The notes beneath the pieces are model-generated. The model did no database searches, was not told the DNA's origin, and saw only the letters and a list, made by a program, of their open reading frames with translations. 17,400 bases of DNA, taken from contig JAXDQU010000036.1 in the NCBI GenBank assembly GCA_034667685.1, positions 1-17,400 of the forward strand. Reading direction: 5' to 3'. Of this stretch, positions 1-7,535 are shown in pieces. The DNA is from Thermoplasmata archaeon (GTDB lineage: Archaea; Thermoplasmatota; SW-10-69-26; JACQPN01; JAJPHT01). Numbering within the stretch: the first letter of the stretch is position 1; each line of letters starts with the position of its first letter. The position numbers and the translations under genes were made by a program.

Positions 1-65
1 AGCAGGATGCACGCCACCGCGAGGAGGAGGATGAGCGGCCTCAGCCGGACCAGGGGTTTGTCCAT
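1..65 (-). CDS. 5' end of a secreted or membrane protein (continues beyond the left edge)
   Basis: ATG at 65-63 gives MDKPLVRLRPLILLLAVACIL: a basic N-region followed by a hydrophobic stretch (signal-peptide-like), with almost all codons ending in G/C. Not in the ORF track. Confidence 0.5.
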   Translation of the reverse strand, partial: MDKPLVRLRPLILLLAVACIL

Positions 66-140
66 CGCGGGTAGGGTAGCGGGCGAGGAGGCGACGTGCC
101 AGAACGGACTCGGCCTGGGACTGCAGGTAGTTCAGTCGGG

Positions 141-205
<65 letters not shown>

Positions 206-267
206 CCGCGTTTGCCGGCAGCCCAACAGACAAGCGCCGGACGCGGCTCGCCAAACCCGCGGATACG

Positions 268-275
268 CTTATGAA
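268..275 (+). promoter_or_regulatory. Putative archaeal TATA-like box for the suf operon (leaderless sufD)
   Basis: CTTATGAA lies at -33..-26 from ATG 301 and is the most AT-rich patch nearby. No SD precedes ATG 301. Confidence 0.5.
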
Positions 276-300
276 CGGGACGCAGGATGGTCGCGCCCTC

Positions 301-1428
301 ATGACCGCCTTGCCCGCGTGGCTCACGGAGGTCCGCGCCGAGGCGCGCGAGCGCTACGCCAAGCTGGACGCCCCCCGCTGGCGCCGCACCGACCTCTCGG
401 ACGTGGACGTCGAGGCGCTCGCGCGCAGGGCCGCCCAGGCGCCCCCGCCCAAGCTCCCCCGCGCGCCGCAGGCGGGCGTGCTCCTGATGCCGCTGGCCGA
501 CGCCGCGCGCGAGCACCCCGACTTCGTGCGTCCCCTGGTGGGCGTGCACGCGCGCGCCGACAAGTGGGAGATCCTCCAGACCGCGCTCTGGTCCAGCGGC
601 GCGTTCCTCTTCGTCGAGAAGGGCGTCGAGGTCGCGGAGCCCCTTCGCCTGGAGCCCGTCGCGCCCGCGGCCGGCGCGCTCTCCCGCGACCTCATCGTGC
701 TGGAGCGGCAGGCCAAGGCCACGCTGCTCGCCCGCACGCGCGGCGCCTCGCCCGGCGCGCTGGTGCTCGCGGGCGCGGACGTGGACGTGCGCGAGGGCGC
801 CTCGCTCTCGCTGGCGACCATGCAGGACCTCGACCACGGTGCGCTCCTCCTCTCGGCCCGGCGCGCGACGCTGGCCCGGGACGCCTCGCTCGCGTGGACC
901 GACGGCCAGTTCGGCGCCGGCACGGCGGTCGTCGTGAACGAGACCACCCTCGCGGGGCCGGGCAGCAATCTCCGATTCATCGGCGCGTTCTTCGGCTCGG
1001 CCAAGCAGCACCTCGACGTCACGAACAGCGCGTTCCACGACGGCGCGCACACCTCCTCGCGGCTCGACATGAAGGGCGCGCTCACCGACGACGGGTACAG
1101 CGCGAACTACTCCATCGTCAACATCGGCCCGCAGGCGCGCAACGCGTCGGGCCACCAGCACCAGGAGACGCTCATCCTCTCCGCGGGGGCGCGCGCCGAC
1201 GCGATCCCGAAGCTCGACGTCGAGAACAACGACGTCTCGGCCAGCCACGGCGCGACCGTGGGCCAGGTGGACCCCGAGCAGCTTTTCTACCTGAGGAGCC
1301 GAGGGTTCGACGAGCTGGCGGCGAAGCGTCTCATCGTGGAGGGCTTCTTCGGCCCGCTCCTGGAGCAGGTGCCCGTGGAAGAAGTGAGGAACGAGATCGG
1401 CGCGGCGCTCGTCAACCGCCTGAAGTGA
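301..1428 (+). CDS. sufD: Fe-S cluster assembly protein SufD (SufBD family), about 375 aa
   Basis: N-terminal RWRRTDLS, beta-helix-type core, and C-terminal ADAIPKLDVENNDVSASHGATVGQVDPEQLFYLRSRG...LIVEGF. The SHGAT motif is SufD-type rather than SufB-type (HEA). The track's start at 7 only reads through the poly-C; ATG 301 fits the TATA spacing. Confidence 0.9.
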   Translation: MTALPAWLTEVRAEARERYAKLDAPRWRRTDLSDVDVEALARRAAQAPPPKLPRAPQAGVLLMPLADAAREHPDFVRPLVGVHARADKWEILQTALWSSGAFLFVEKGVEVAEPLRLEPVAPAAGALSRDLIVLERQAKATLLARTRGASPGALVLAGADVDVREGASLSLATMQDLDHGALLLSARRATLARDASLAWTDGQFGAGTAVVVNETTLAGPGSNLRFIGAFFGSAKQHLDVTNSAFHDGAHTSSRLDMKGALTDDGYSANYSIVNIGPQARNASGHQHQETLILSAGARADAIPKLDVENNDVSASHGATVGQVDPEQLFYLRSRGFDELAAKRLIVEGFFGPLLEQVPVEEVRNEIGAALVNRLK

Positions 1429-1432
1429 CATC

Positions 1433-2656
1433 ATGCTCGACGTGAACGCGGTCCGGAAGGATTTCCCGATCCTCGACCGCAAGGTCTCGGGCGGCAAGCG
1501 CCTCGTGTACCTGGACAATGCGGCGACGACGCAGAAGCCCTTGCAGGTCCTCGACGCGATGGACCGCTACTACCGCGAGACGAACAGCAACGTCCACCGC
1601 TCGATCCACGAGTTGGGCGAGCGCGCCACCGAGCAGTACGTCGCGGCGCACGAGCGCGTCGCCGAGTTCATCGGGGCGCGCTCCTATGAAGAGATCATTT
1701 TCACCAAGAACTGCACCGAGGCGCTGAACCTCGTGGCCTACAGCAAGGGGCTGCGCGAGCTGAAGGCGGGCGACGAGGTCGTCATCAGCCAGATGGAGCA
1801 CCACAGCAACTTCGTGCCCTGGCTGGAGGTCTGCCGTCTCACCGGCGCGAAGCTGCGCATCGTGCCCGTCACGGCGCAAGGCCGGCTCGACATGCAGGCC
1901 TACGCGGGCGTGCTATCACGCAGGACGCGCCTGGTCGCCATGACCGCGATGAGCAACGTGCTGGGCACGATCACGCCCGCGGCGGAGATCGTCAAGCTCG
2001 GGCACGAGGCCGGCGCCACCGTGCTGCTCGATGGCGCGCAGAGCGTGCCGCACGGGGCGACCGACGTGCAGGCCACCCAGGAGGATTTCCTGGCGTTCAG
2101 CGCGCACAAGATGCTCGGCCCCACCGGCATCGGCGTGCTCTACGGGAAGCGCGAGCAGCTCGACCGCATGGCGCCCTTCCTCTTCGGGGGCGAGATGATC
2201 GGCCGCGTGACCAACCAGGGGGCGACGTGGAACGACCTGCCCTGGAAGTTCGAGGCCGGCACGCCCGTCATCGCGGAGGCCGTCGGCCTCGCCGCCGCGT
2301 GCGATTACCTCGACCGCCTCGGCATGGACGCGATCCACGCGCACGAGGCGAAGCTCGTGAAGCACGCCTTCGACCGCCTCGCGCACCTGCCCGTGAAGAT
2401 CCTCGGCCCGCCCGCCAGCGAGCGCGGCGGCCTCGTGGCCGTCGAGATGGAGGGCATCCACGCGCACGACCTCGCCTCGCTGCTCAACGACCAGGGCGTC
2501 GCGGTGCGCGCGGGGCACCACTGCGCGCAGCCGCTCATGGAATCGCTGGGCATCGCGAGCACGGTGCGCGCGAGCTTCTACGTCTACAACACGTTGGACG
2601 AGGTCGATGCGTTCGTCGCGGCGCTCGAGCACGCCAGGAAGGTGTTCCAGCTTTGA
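1433..2656 (+). CDS. sufS: Cysteine desulfurase SufS (group II, PLP-dependent)
   Basis: YLDNAATTQKP, NSNVHRS, MEHHSNFVPW, LDGAQS, FSAHKMLGPTGIG (PLP Lys), KFEAGTP, and the group II catalytic motif RAGHHCAQP. Confidence 0.97.
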   Translation: MLDVNAVRKDFPILDRKVSGGKRLVYLDNAATTQKPLQVLDAMDRYYRETNSNVHRSIHELGERATEQYVAAHERVAEFIGARSYEEIIFTKNCTEALNLVAYSKGLRELKAGDEVVISQMEHHSNFVPWLEVCRLTGAKLRIVPVTAQGRLDMQAYAGVLSRRTRLVAMTAMSNVLGTITPAAEIVKLGHEAGATVLLDGAQSVPHGATDVQATQEDFLAFSAHKMLGPTGIGVLYGKREQLDRMAPFLFGGEMIGRVTNQGATWNDLPWKFEAGTPVIAEAVGLAAACDYLDRLGMDAIHAHEAKLVKHAFDRLAHLPVKILGPPASERGGLVAVEMEGIHAHDLASLLNDQGVAVRAGHHCAQPLMESLGIASTVRASFYVYNTLDEVDAFVAALEHARKVFQL

Positions 2657-2667
2657 GCGACGACCCG

Positions 2668-3072
2668 ATGGCTCCGAAGCCCTCCGGGGAAGACATGTAC
2701 CGCGAGCACATCCTGGACCACTACAAGCACCCGCGCAACTTCGGCGTGCTCAAGCCCGCGATGGTGGACCACGAGGCGAACAACCCGCTCTGCGGCGACC
2801 AGATCCGCCTCACGTTCAACGTGAACGAGAAGGACGAGATCACCGAGGTCAAGTTCACTGGCCGCGGCTGCGCCATCTCGCAGGCCTCGGCGTCGCTCCT
2901 CACGTCGCGCGTGAAGGGCAAGCCGCTCGCCGAGATCAAGGCGATCGACCGCGACCAGGTCGTCGCCATGCTCGGCATCCCGATCAGCCCCGTGCGCCTC
3001 AAGTGCGCGCTTCTCTCCCTCGCCGTGCTGCGCGAGGGCGTCGAGATCTACGAAAGGAAGCTATCACCATGA
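2668..3072 (+). CDS. sufU: SufU/IscU-family sulfur-transfer or scaffold protein, about 134 aa
   Basis: MYREHILDHYKHPRNFG, NPLCGD, GCAISQASAS and RLKCA give three conserved Cys plus the Asp. An alternative in-frame TTG start at 2653 overlaps the sufS stop. Confidence 0.92.
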   Translation: MAPKPSGEDMYREHILDHYKHPRNFGVLKPAMVDHEANNPLCGDQIRLTFNVNEKDEITEVKFTGRGCAISQASASLLTSRVKGKPLAEIKAIDRDQVVAMLGIPISPVRLKCALLSLAVLREGVEIYERKLSP

Positions 3073-3815
3073 CCACGCCCGAGCTTGAGATCCAGGACCT
3101 GCACGTCTCCGTCGACGACAAGCCCATCCTCAAGGGCGTCAACCTCCAGGTGCGCAAGGGCGAGGTCCACGCGCTGATGGGCCCCAACGGCAGCGGCAAG
3201 AGCACGCTCTCGTACACGCTGATGGGCCACCCGAAGTACACCGTGACGAAGGGCGACATCCTCGTGCGCGGCAAGTCGGTGCTGGAGCTTCCGCCCGACG
3301 AGCGCGCGCGCCAGGGCCTCTTCCTCGCGTTCCAGTACCCCATGACGATCCCGGGCGTCACGGTGCAGAACTTCCTGCGCGCGGCGTACAACGGCGCGAA
3401 GGGCAAGGACCTCACGCCGCTCGAGTTCAACATGATCCTCCTGGAGCGGATGAAGAAGCTCGGCGTGGAGACGCAGTTCGCGCGCCGCTACGTCAACGAG
3501 GGCTTCTCGGGCGGCGAGAAGAAGCGCCTGGAGGTCCTGCAGATGGCGATCCTGGAGCCCACGGTCGCCGTGCTCGACGAGCCGGACAGCGGCCTCGACA
3601 TCGACGCCGTGCGCATCGTCGCCGACGGCATCAACGCGTTCAAGGGCCCGCAGAACGGCGTGCTCATCATCACGCACTACCAGCGCATCCTGAACTACGT
3701 CAAGCCCACGAAGGTCAGCGTGATCCTCGACGGCCGCGTCGTCCAGGAGGGCGGCCCCGAGCTGGCGCTCACGCTGGAGGAGCGCGGGTACGACTGGCTG
3801 CGCCCGACGCCGTAG
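3069..3815 (+). CDS. sufC: Fe-S cluster assembly ABC ATPase SufC, 248 aa
   Basis: ATGA overlap with the sufU stop. Walker A GPNGSGKST, LFLAFQYP, VNEGFSGGEKKR, Walker B LDEPDSGLDID, and ITHYQRIL. Confidence 0.97.
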   Translation: MTTPELEIQDLHVSVDDKPILKGVNLQVRKGEVHALMGPNGSGKSTLSYTLMGHPKYTVTKGDILVRGKSVLELPPDERARQGLFLAFQYPMTIPGVTVQNFLRAAYNGAKGKDLTPLEFNMILLERMKKLGVETQFARRYVNEGFSGGEKKRLEVLQMAILEPTVAVLDEPDSGLDIDAVRIVADGINAFKGPQNGVLIITHYQRILNYVKPTKVSVILDGRVVQEGGPELALTLEERGYDWLRPTP

Positions 3816-3825
3816 TCGTGCGCGT

Positions 3826-3850
3826 CGGTTTTCCGGATTCAGGAAAACCG
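3826..3850. promoter_or_regulatory. Palindrome CGGTTTTCC-N7-GGAAAACCG; candidate operator for the downstream operon or a suf 3' hairpin
   Basis: Perfect 9-bp arms, 10 nt after the sufC stop and just upstream of a weak TATA-position element (GTGCAAG 3856-3862) for ATG 3888. Confidence 0.5.
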
Positions 3851-3887
3851 CAAGCGTGCAAGCGGAGCCGGACCGAACCCGTTCCGT

Positions 3888-4454
3888 ATGCTGAAGCGTC
3901 TTCTCCAGGGCGTTCCCTCCGCCGCGCCCGCCGCGGGCATCGCCACGGCCATCGCGTTGGTCGCCGCCGCGGCCGTCGCGTCGATGGTCGTGAGCTATCC
4001 GACGCCCGCGGCCGCGACGCTCAGCCTCCGCACGCCGCCCGTCGTCTGGTCGGCCGGCCCCGACTCCAGCGCGACGGGCTTCGCCTCGTCCTGGAGCCTC
4101 TCGTCGAACGCGACGTACTTCACGCTGACGCTCAAGCCGATCCCCGAGGCCAACGTCACGTGGGGCAACCTGACCTCGCTGACCAACCAGGACACGGCCG
4201 CCTGGACCGTGACCGTCAGCGGCACGAGCGTCGCGTCGTACAGCAAGATCGTCACGATCCGCCTGGAGTTCTACGCCTACGGCACCAACTCCCTCGTGGG
4301 CGCGATGAACCTGACCGCGGGCTCGCCCTCCGTCTCGCTGGGCAGCCTCGCGGCGGGGTCGAGCGTGTACGCGAAGATGTACGTGCAGCTCGCGACGGGC
4401 ACCTCCGCCTCCGACCTCCCGGCCTCCGTTGATATCACCCTGGGGCTGTCCTGA
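3888..4454 (+). CDS. Secreted Ser/Thr-rich beta-strand protein; candidate AbpA/TasA-like filament subunit, 188 aa
   Basis: Signal peptide ending ...ALVAAAAVA, mature N-terminal strand followed by PPVVWSAGPD, alternating beta patterns, four N-x-T sequons (NAT, NVT, NLT, NLT), and no C-terminal anchor. The ORF is solid; the family call is inference. Confidence 0.6.
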   Translation: MLKRLLQGVPSAAPAAGIATAIALVAAAAVASMVVSYPTPAAATLSLRTPPVVWSAGPDSSATGFASSWSLSSNATYFTLTLKPIPEANVTWGNLTSLTNQDTAAWTVTVSGTSVASYSKIVTIRLEFYAYGTNSLVGAMNLTAGSPSVSLGSLAAGSSVYAKMYVQLATGTSASDLPASVDITLGLS

Positions 4455-4762
4455 TGTCCTGGTCGCTCCTGGAGACGGCGATGAAGGCGACGACCTTCGC
4501 GGGCGTCGTGCTCTGCGCCACGCTGCTCGCGCGCGCCGGGCGCTGGTCGGGCCACCACACGCTGGGGCTCGTGGGCGGCGCGGCGGGCGTGGCGCTGATG
4601 GTGGTGGCGAACCGCGCGCTCGACGCCTCGCTGGGCGGCCTGCTCGTCGACGCGCTCTACGCGGGCCTCGCGGGCGCCCTCGCGGTCCGCGCGTGGCGCA
4701 CGCCCCGCGCCGCGCCCCTCGCCCCCGTGGAGCTTCCCGAAGGGGGCGAGCGCGGGGCGTGA
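4454..4762 (+). CDS. Small membrane protein of unknown function (about 3 TM helices), 102 aa
   Basis: Three hydrophobic segments. TGATG overlap with the upstream gene and GTGA overlap with the downstream gene. Confidence 0.75.
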   Translation: MSWSLLETAMKATTFAGVVLCATLLARAGRWSGHHTLGLVGGAAGVALMVVANRALDASLGGLLVDALYAGLAGALAVRAWRTPRAAPLAPVELPEGGERGA

Positions 4763-5343
4763 GGGCGGGGCCCGCGCTGGTGGCCGTCCTCCTCGTGGCG
4801 GCCGCGACGTCCGTCGAGGCCACGCGCACCCTCGCCTACGCCAGGCCCGGCACCGTCAGCCTCACCCTGCTCTCGGGCAACACGCTTCCCCTCACGCTCT
4901 CCGCGGGCCCCGACGGCGCGACCGTGAGCGGCACCAATACCAGCACGAGCGCCTCGCTCACGGCCACCGCGGGCGGCGTGCTGGACGCGACGAGCAACAA
5001 CACCGCGATGAAGAACAACGCCGGCGCATCGCTCCAGGCGCGGCTCGTCTTCCGGTCGATCAGCAGCGCCTCCTCGCGCTGCCTGACGTGCAAGCTCTCG
5101 ATCCGGAGCGGCGCCACCACGACCGACGAGATCACTCTGACCAACGGCGTCGCCCCCGCGGCGGGCGCGGCGGGCCCGTGGGTCACGATCGTCCCGGGCG
5201 GCACCGCGTCGATCGTCGCCGACGCCAAGGCCACGGTCCCCACGCAGAACGCCCTCATGTCCTACTGGCTGGAGGTCGCGCCCGCGGGCGCCACGTCGCC
5301 CACCGCGGACTACGTCCTGATGTCGTTCACGTTCGTCGTCTAG
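4759..5343 (+). CDS. Secreted beta-strand protein, paralogue of 3888..4454 (candidate minor filament subunit), 194 aa
   Basis: GTG 4759 overlaps the previous stop. Signal peptide MRAGPALVAVLLVAAATSVEA, shared A-x5-Y-x2-P-x4-L-x-L and SAGPD motifs, and a CLTC motif. The track's upstream extension (from 4429) is off-frame over the membrane gene. Confidence 0.65.
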   Translation: MRAGPALVAVLLVAAATSVEATRTLAYARPGTVSLTLLSGNTLPLTLSAGPDGATVSGTNTSTSASLTATAGGVLDATSNNTAMKNNAGASLQARLVFRSISSASSRCLTCKLSIRSGATTTDEITLTNGVAPAAGAAGPWVTIVPGGTASIVADAKATVPTQNALMSYWLEVAPAGATSPTADYVLMSFTFVV

Positions 5344-5488
5344 AGGGCCGTTTCACGACCTCTGTCGCAGCCGCGCAGGATTCGCTCGCCGCGCTCGCTG
5401 CCTGTCTGCCTGCCCGCCCGCGCGGCCCCACCGGCGGTGGGAGCGAGCGGTTCACGGAACATCCCTGCCCAGGGGGAGCGGGAGACCC

Positions 5489-5578
5489 ATGAGGAAGACG
5501 CGCCTTCGCATGGTCCACGAACGCGCCGAGGAGACCGCCCGCGCGCCCACGGCATCGACGAGCGAGCCAGGGCGCTGA
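5489..5578 (+). CDS. Possible 29-aa small protein MRKTRLRMVHERAEETARAPTASTSEPGR
   Basis: GGAG at 5481-5484 precedes the ATG, most codons end in G/C, and it fills an otherwise empty gap. No recognisable motif. Confidence 0.25.
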   Translation: MRKTRLRMVHERAEETARAPTASTSEPGR

Positions 5579-5606
5579 TGGCGCGCGGCGCTCCAGGAAG
5601 GCTCCC

Positions 5607-6689
5607 TTGCGGCGCAGCTTCGATCCTCGCCACGCCCCCCACCTGGCGAAGCCGGGCCTGGTGCGCATCGCCATCGAGACGCGCGTGGCGCCCGCGGGGG
5701 GCGCGCAGCCCACGCTGTGGCGCTGGCCCGACGTGCTGGAAGGGGAGCCGCCGCGCGGCCGCGGCGAGGGGCCCCCGCCCTCCTTCTGCGTGCTCGGGCC
5801 CGAGCTGCTCGCGGGCACCGTGCGCGTCGAGAACCCGCTGCTCGTCAGCGCCTCGCCCGAGGGGCTCGTCGAGATCGAGGACCGGCTCTGCGTCACGTCG
5901 CGCGCGCTCGCGGGCGCCATCGCGACGGAGCGCGCCGCGGTGGGCGCGCGGCTCGACCACGCCCGGCGCCTGGGCGCGCCGCGCTGGCTCGTGCATCCGG
6001 TGCGCGCCTTCACCCGCGGCGTGGCCGCGATGCCCGACCGCGTGGGGCACGCCGCGCGCCGCGCCCGCCTGATGCTGCGCACGCCGGAGGGGCGCTCCCG
6101 CCTCGTGGCCGGGCTGCGCAACCCGCACCAGCTCGACCCCGAGCAGAAGGCGGTGACGCTCTTCGCGGGCACCGTCCTGATCCTCGCCACGCTGCTCCTC
6201 GCGCACCTGGCCGTGACGCTCGCGGCGCCCGCGCTGGCCGGCACGTGGCGCGCGGGGCTGTTCCTCTTCCTCTACGGCTACGTGTCGAGCCTGGGCATCC
6301 CCTTCCCGTGGGAGCCGGCGCTCCTGGTCGGGGCCTACGCGCTGGGCCCGGTGGCCGCCATCGCGGTCGCCGTCGCGGCGAAGCTCGTGGCCGGCTACAT
6401 GGTCTTCTTCGTCGGCGACGAGGTGGCCGACCGGCTGGAGCGCAAGGCCGCGCGCAGCCCATGGTGGGACCGGTTCCTGCGCGCCAGCGAGGCGTTCGCG
6501 CGGCGCTTCGGCCTCTTCGCGATGGCGCTCTTCATCGCCACGCCGGGCCTGCCCGACGCGGTGGCGCTCTACGTCTTCGGCAGCCTCCACATGCCGATGC
6601 GGCGCTACCTGCTGGGCATCGCGCTGGGCGCGCTCGTGCTCGACGCCGTGGTCGTCTACGGCGGGCTGCGGCTCCTGCATCTCGCCTAG
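5607..6689 (+). CDS. DedA/VTT (SNARE-associated Golgi) domain membrane protein with an unknown N-terminal soluble region; start uncertain (TTG 5607 or GTG 5661)
   Basis: The C-terminal half shows DedA/VTT-like patterns: LGIPFPWEPALL, GYMVFFVG, an amphipathic helix, RRFGLFAMALFIATPGLPD, GSLHMPMRRYLLG, and several TM helices. Confidence 0.75.
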   Translation: MRRSFDPRHAPHLAKPGLVRIAIETRVAPAGGAQPTLWRWPDVLEGEPPRGRGEGPPPSFCVLGPELLAGTVRVENPLLVSASPEGLVEIEDRLCVTSRALAGAIATERAAVGARLDHARRLGAPRWLVHPVRAFTRGVAAMPDRVGHAARRARLMLRTPEGRSRLVAGLRNPHQLDPEQKAVTLFAGTVLILATLLLAHLAVTLAAPALAGTWRAGLFLFLYGYVSSLGIPFPWEPALLVGAYALGPVAAIAVAVAAKLVAGYMVFFVGDEVADRLERKAARSPWWDRFLRASEAFARRFGLFAMALFIATPGLPDAVALYVFGSLHMPMRRYLLGIALGALVLDAVVVYGGLRLLHLA

Positions 6690-7429
6690 GTCGGCAGCAG
6701 GTGGTTGTGCGCGACGCCGCCGTAGACGACCGCCACGAGGTCGTAGACGTCCGCGTCCTGCGTCAATTGATATCGCACGTCGTTGCCGTACTCGCCCGCG
6801 AACCAGTGCAGCGCGATGGTGTAGTCGTGCGAGCGGTCCGCGTGCGTGGCGGTGACGTAGTGCGCGATCCGCGCGGGGTACACCGTCTGGCCCCAGGGCA
6901 GCGCGATCGGCGGGCGCCCCTGGTAGTACGCGTTCGCCAGGATCGAGAGCGGGCCGGCGGCGAGCGTCACGTTGTAGGCGTAGGTCCCGTTGCGCAGGAA
7001 GCGCTCGGGCGCGGGGGGCGCGTAGCGCGTCACGAAGCCGCGCGAGTCGGTGCCGTTGGCGACCGTCCACGTCGTCGCGTCGACCCAGCGCGCGTATTCG
7101 TCGTTGGGCGGCGAGCCCGGGTAGACGTCGGTCTCGCGCGTCTGGAACCACGTGTGGTTGTCGCGCACCGCGCTGGCGACGACGCGCACCGTGTGATAGC
7201 GCCCGCTCTTGGCCGCGTAGTCCCAGCCGTCGCCCACGTGCCACGTCGCGTTGGTCACGTAGCCCGGGTCCGAGTAGTCGGGCGGCGGGGGCGTCGCCAC
7301 GTCCGGCGTCGGGGGGACCGGGATGGCCGGCTGGTCCGTGGGCTGCGCGAGGCGATCGTCCGGAGCGTGGGCGAAGCACCCCGCCAAGGGCAGGGCAAGC
7401 AGCGCGAGGAACGCGGCCCGCAGGCGCAC
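6686..7429 (-). CDS. Lipoprotein with a Pro-rich linker and a WxxGDxWxY beta-rich domain, 247 aa
   Basis: Lipobox LPLAGC, Pro-rich tether, WHVGDGWDY and HWFAGEYG. A T-run lies at -25..-29 (7454-7458). Confidence 0.8.
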   Translation of the reverse strand: MRLRAAFLALLALPLAGCFAHAPDDRLAQPTDQPAIPVPPTPDVATPPPPDYSDPGYVTNATWHVGDGWDYAAKSGRYHTVRVVASAVRDNHTWFQTRETDVYPGSPPNDEYARWVDATTWTVANGTDSRGFVTRYAPPAPERFLRNGTYAYNVTLAAGPLSILANAYYQGRPPIALPWGQTVYPARIAHYVTATHADRSHDYTIALHWFAGEYGNDVRYQLTQDADVYDLVAVVYGGVAHNHLLPT

Positions 7430-7473
7430 GCGATCGGGACGCTCCCCCGGGCCAAAAACCCACGGGCGGGCTC

Positions 7474-7507
7474 AGAGCCTCTGCCAAACCTGCGCGGCAG
7501 AGGCTCT
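7474..7507. promoter_or_regulatory. Perfect 12-bp inverted repeat AGAGCCTCTGCC-N10-GGCAGAGGCTCT in the divergent promoter region
   Basis: Arms at 7474-7485 and 7496-7507. The right arm overlaps the start of the slyD TATA-like element CTATGTA (7506-7512). Confidence 0.5.
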
Positions 7508-7535
7508 ATGTACGGGACTCGCGTAGCGGGTTTTC

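Noticed and set aside
121-140. TAGTTCAGTCGG resembles a tRNA D-arm 5' segment
   Set aside because: No anticodon arm, T-loop or matching 3' acceptor strand follows, and the opposite strand looks protein-coding.
3888-5343. Type IV pilin or archaellin assignment for the secreted proteins
   Set aside because: No class III signal peptide pattern, the hydrophobic stretch ends in an Ala-x-Ala type cleavage site, and no assembly ATPase or platform gene is nearby.
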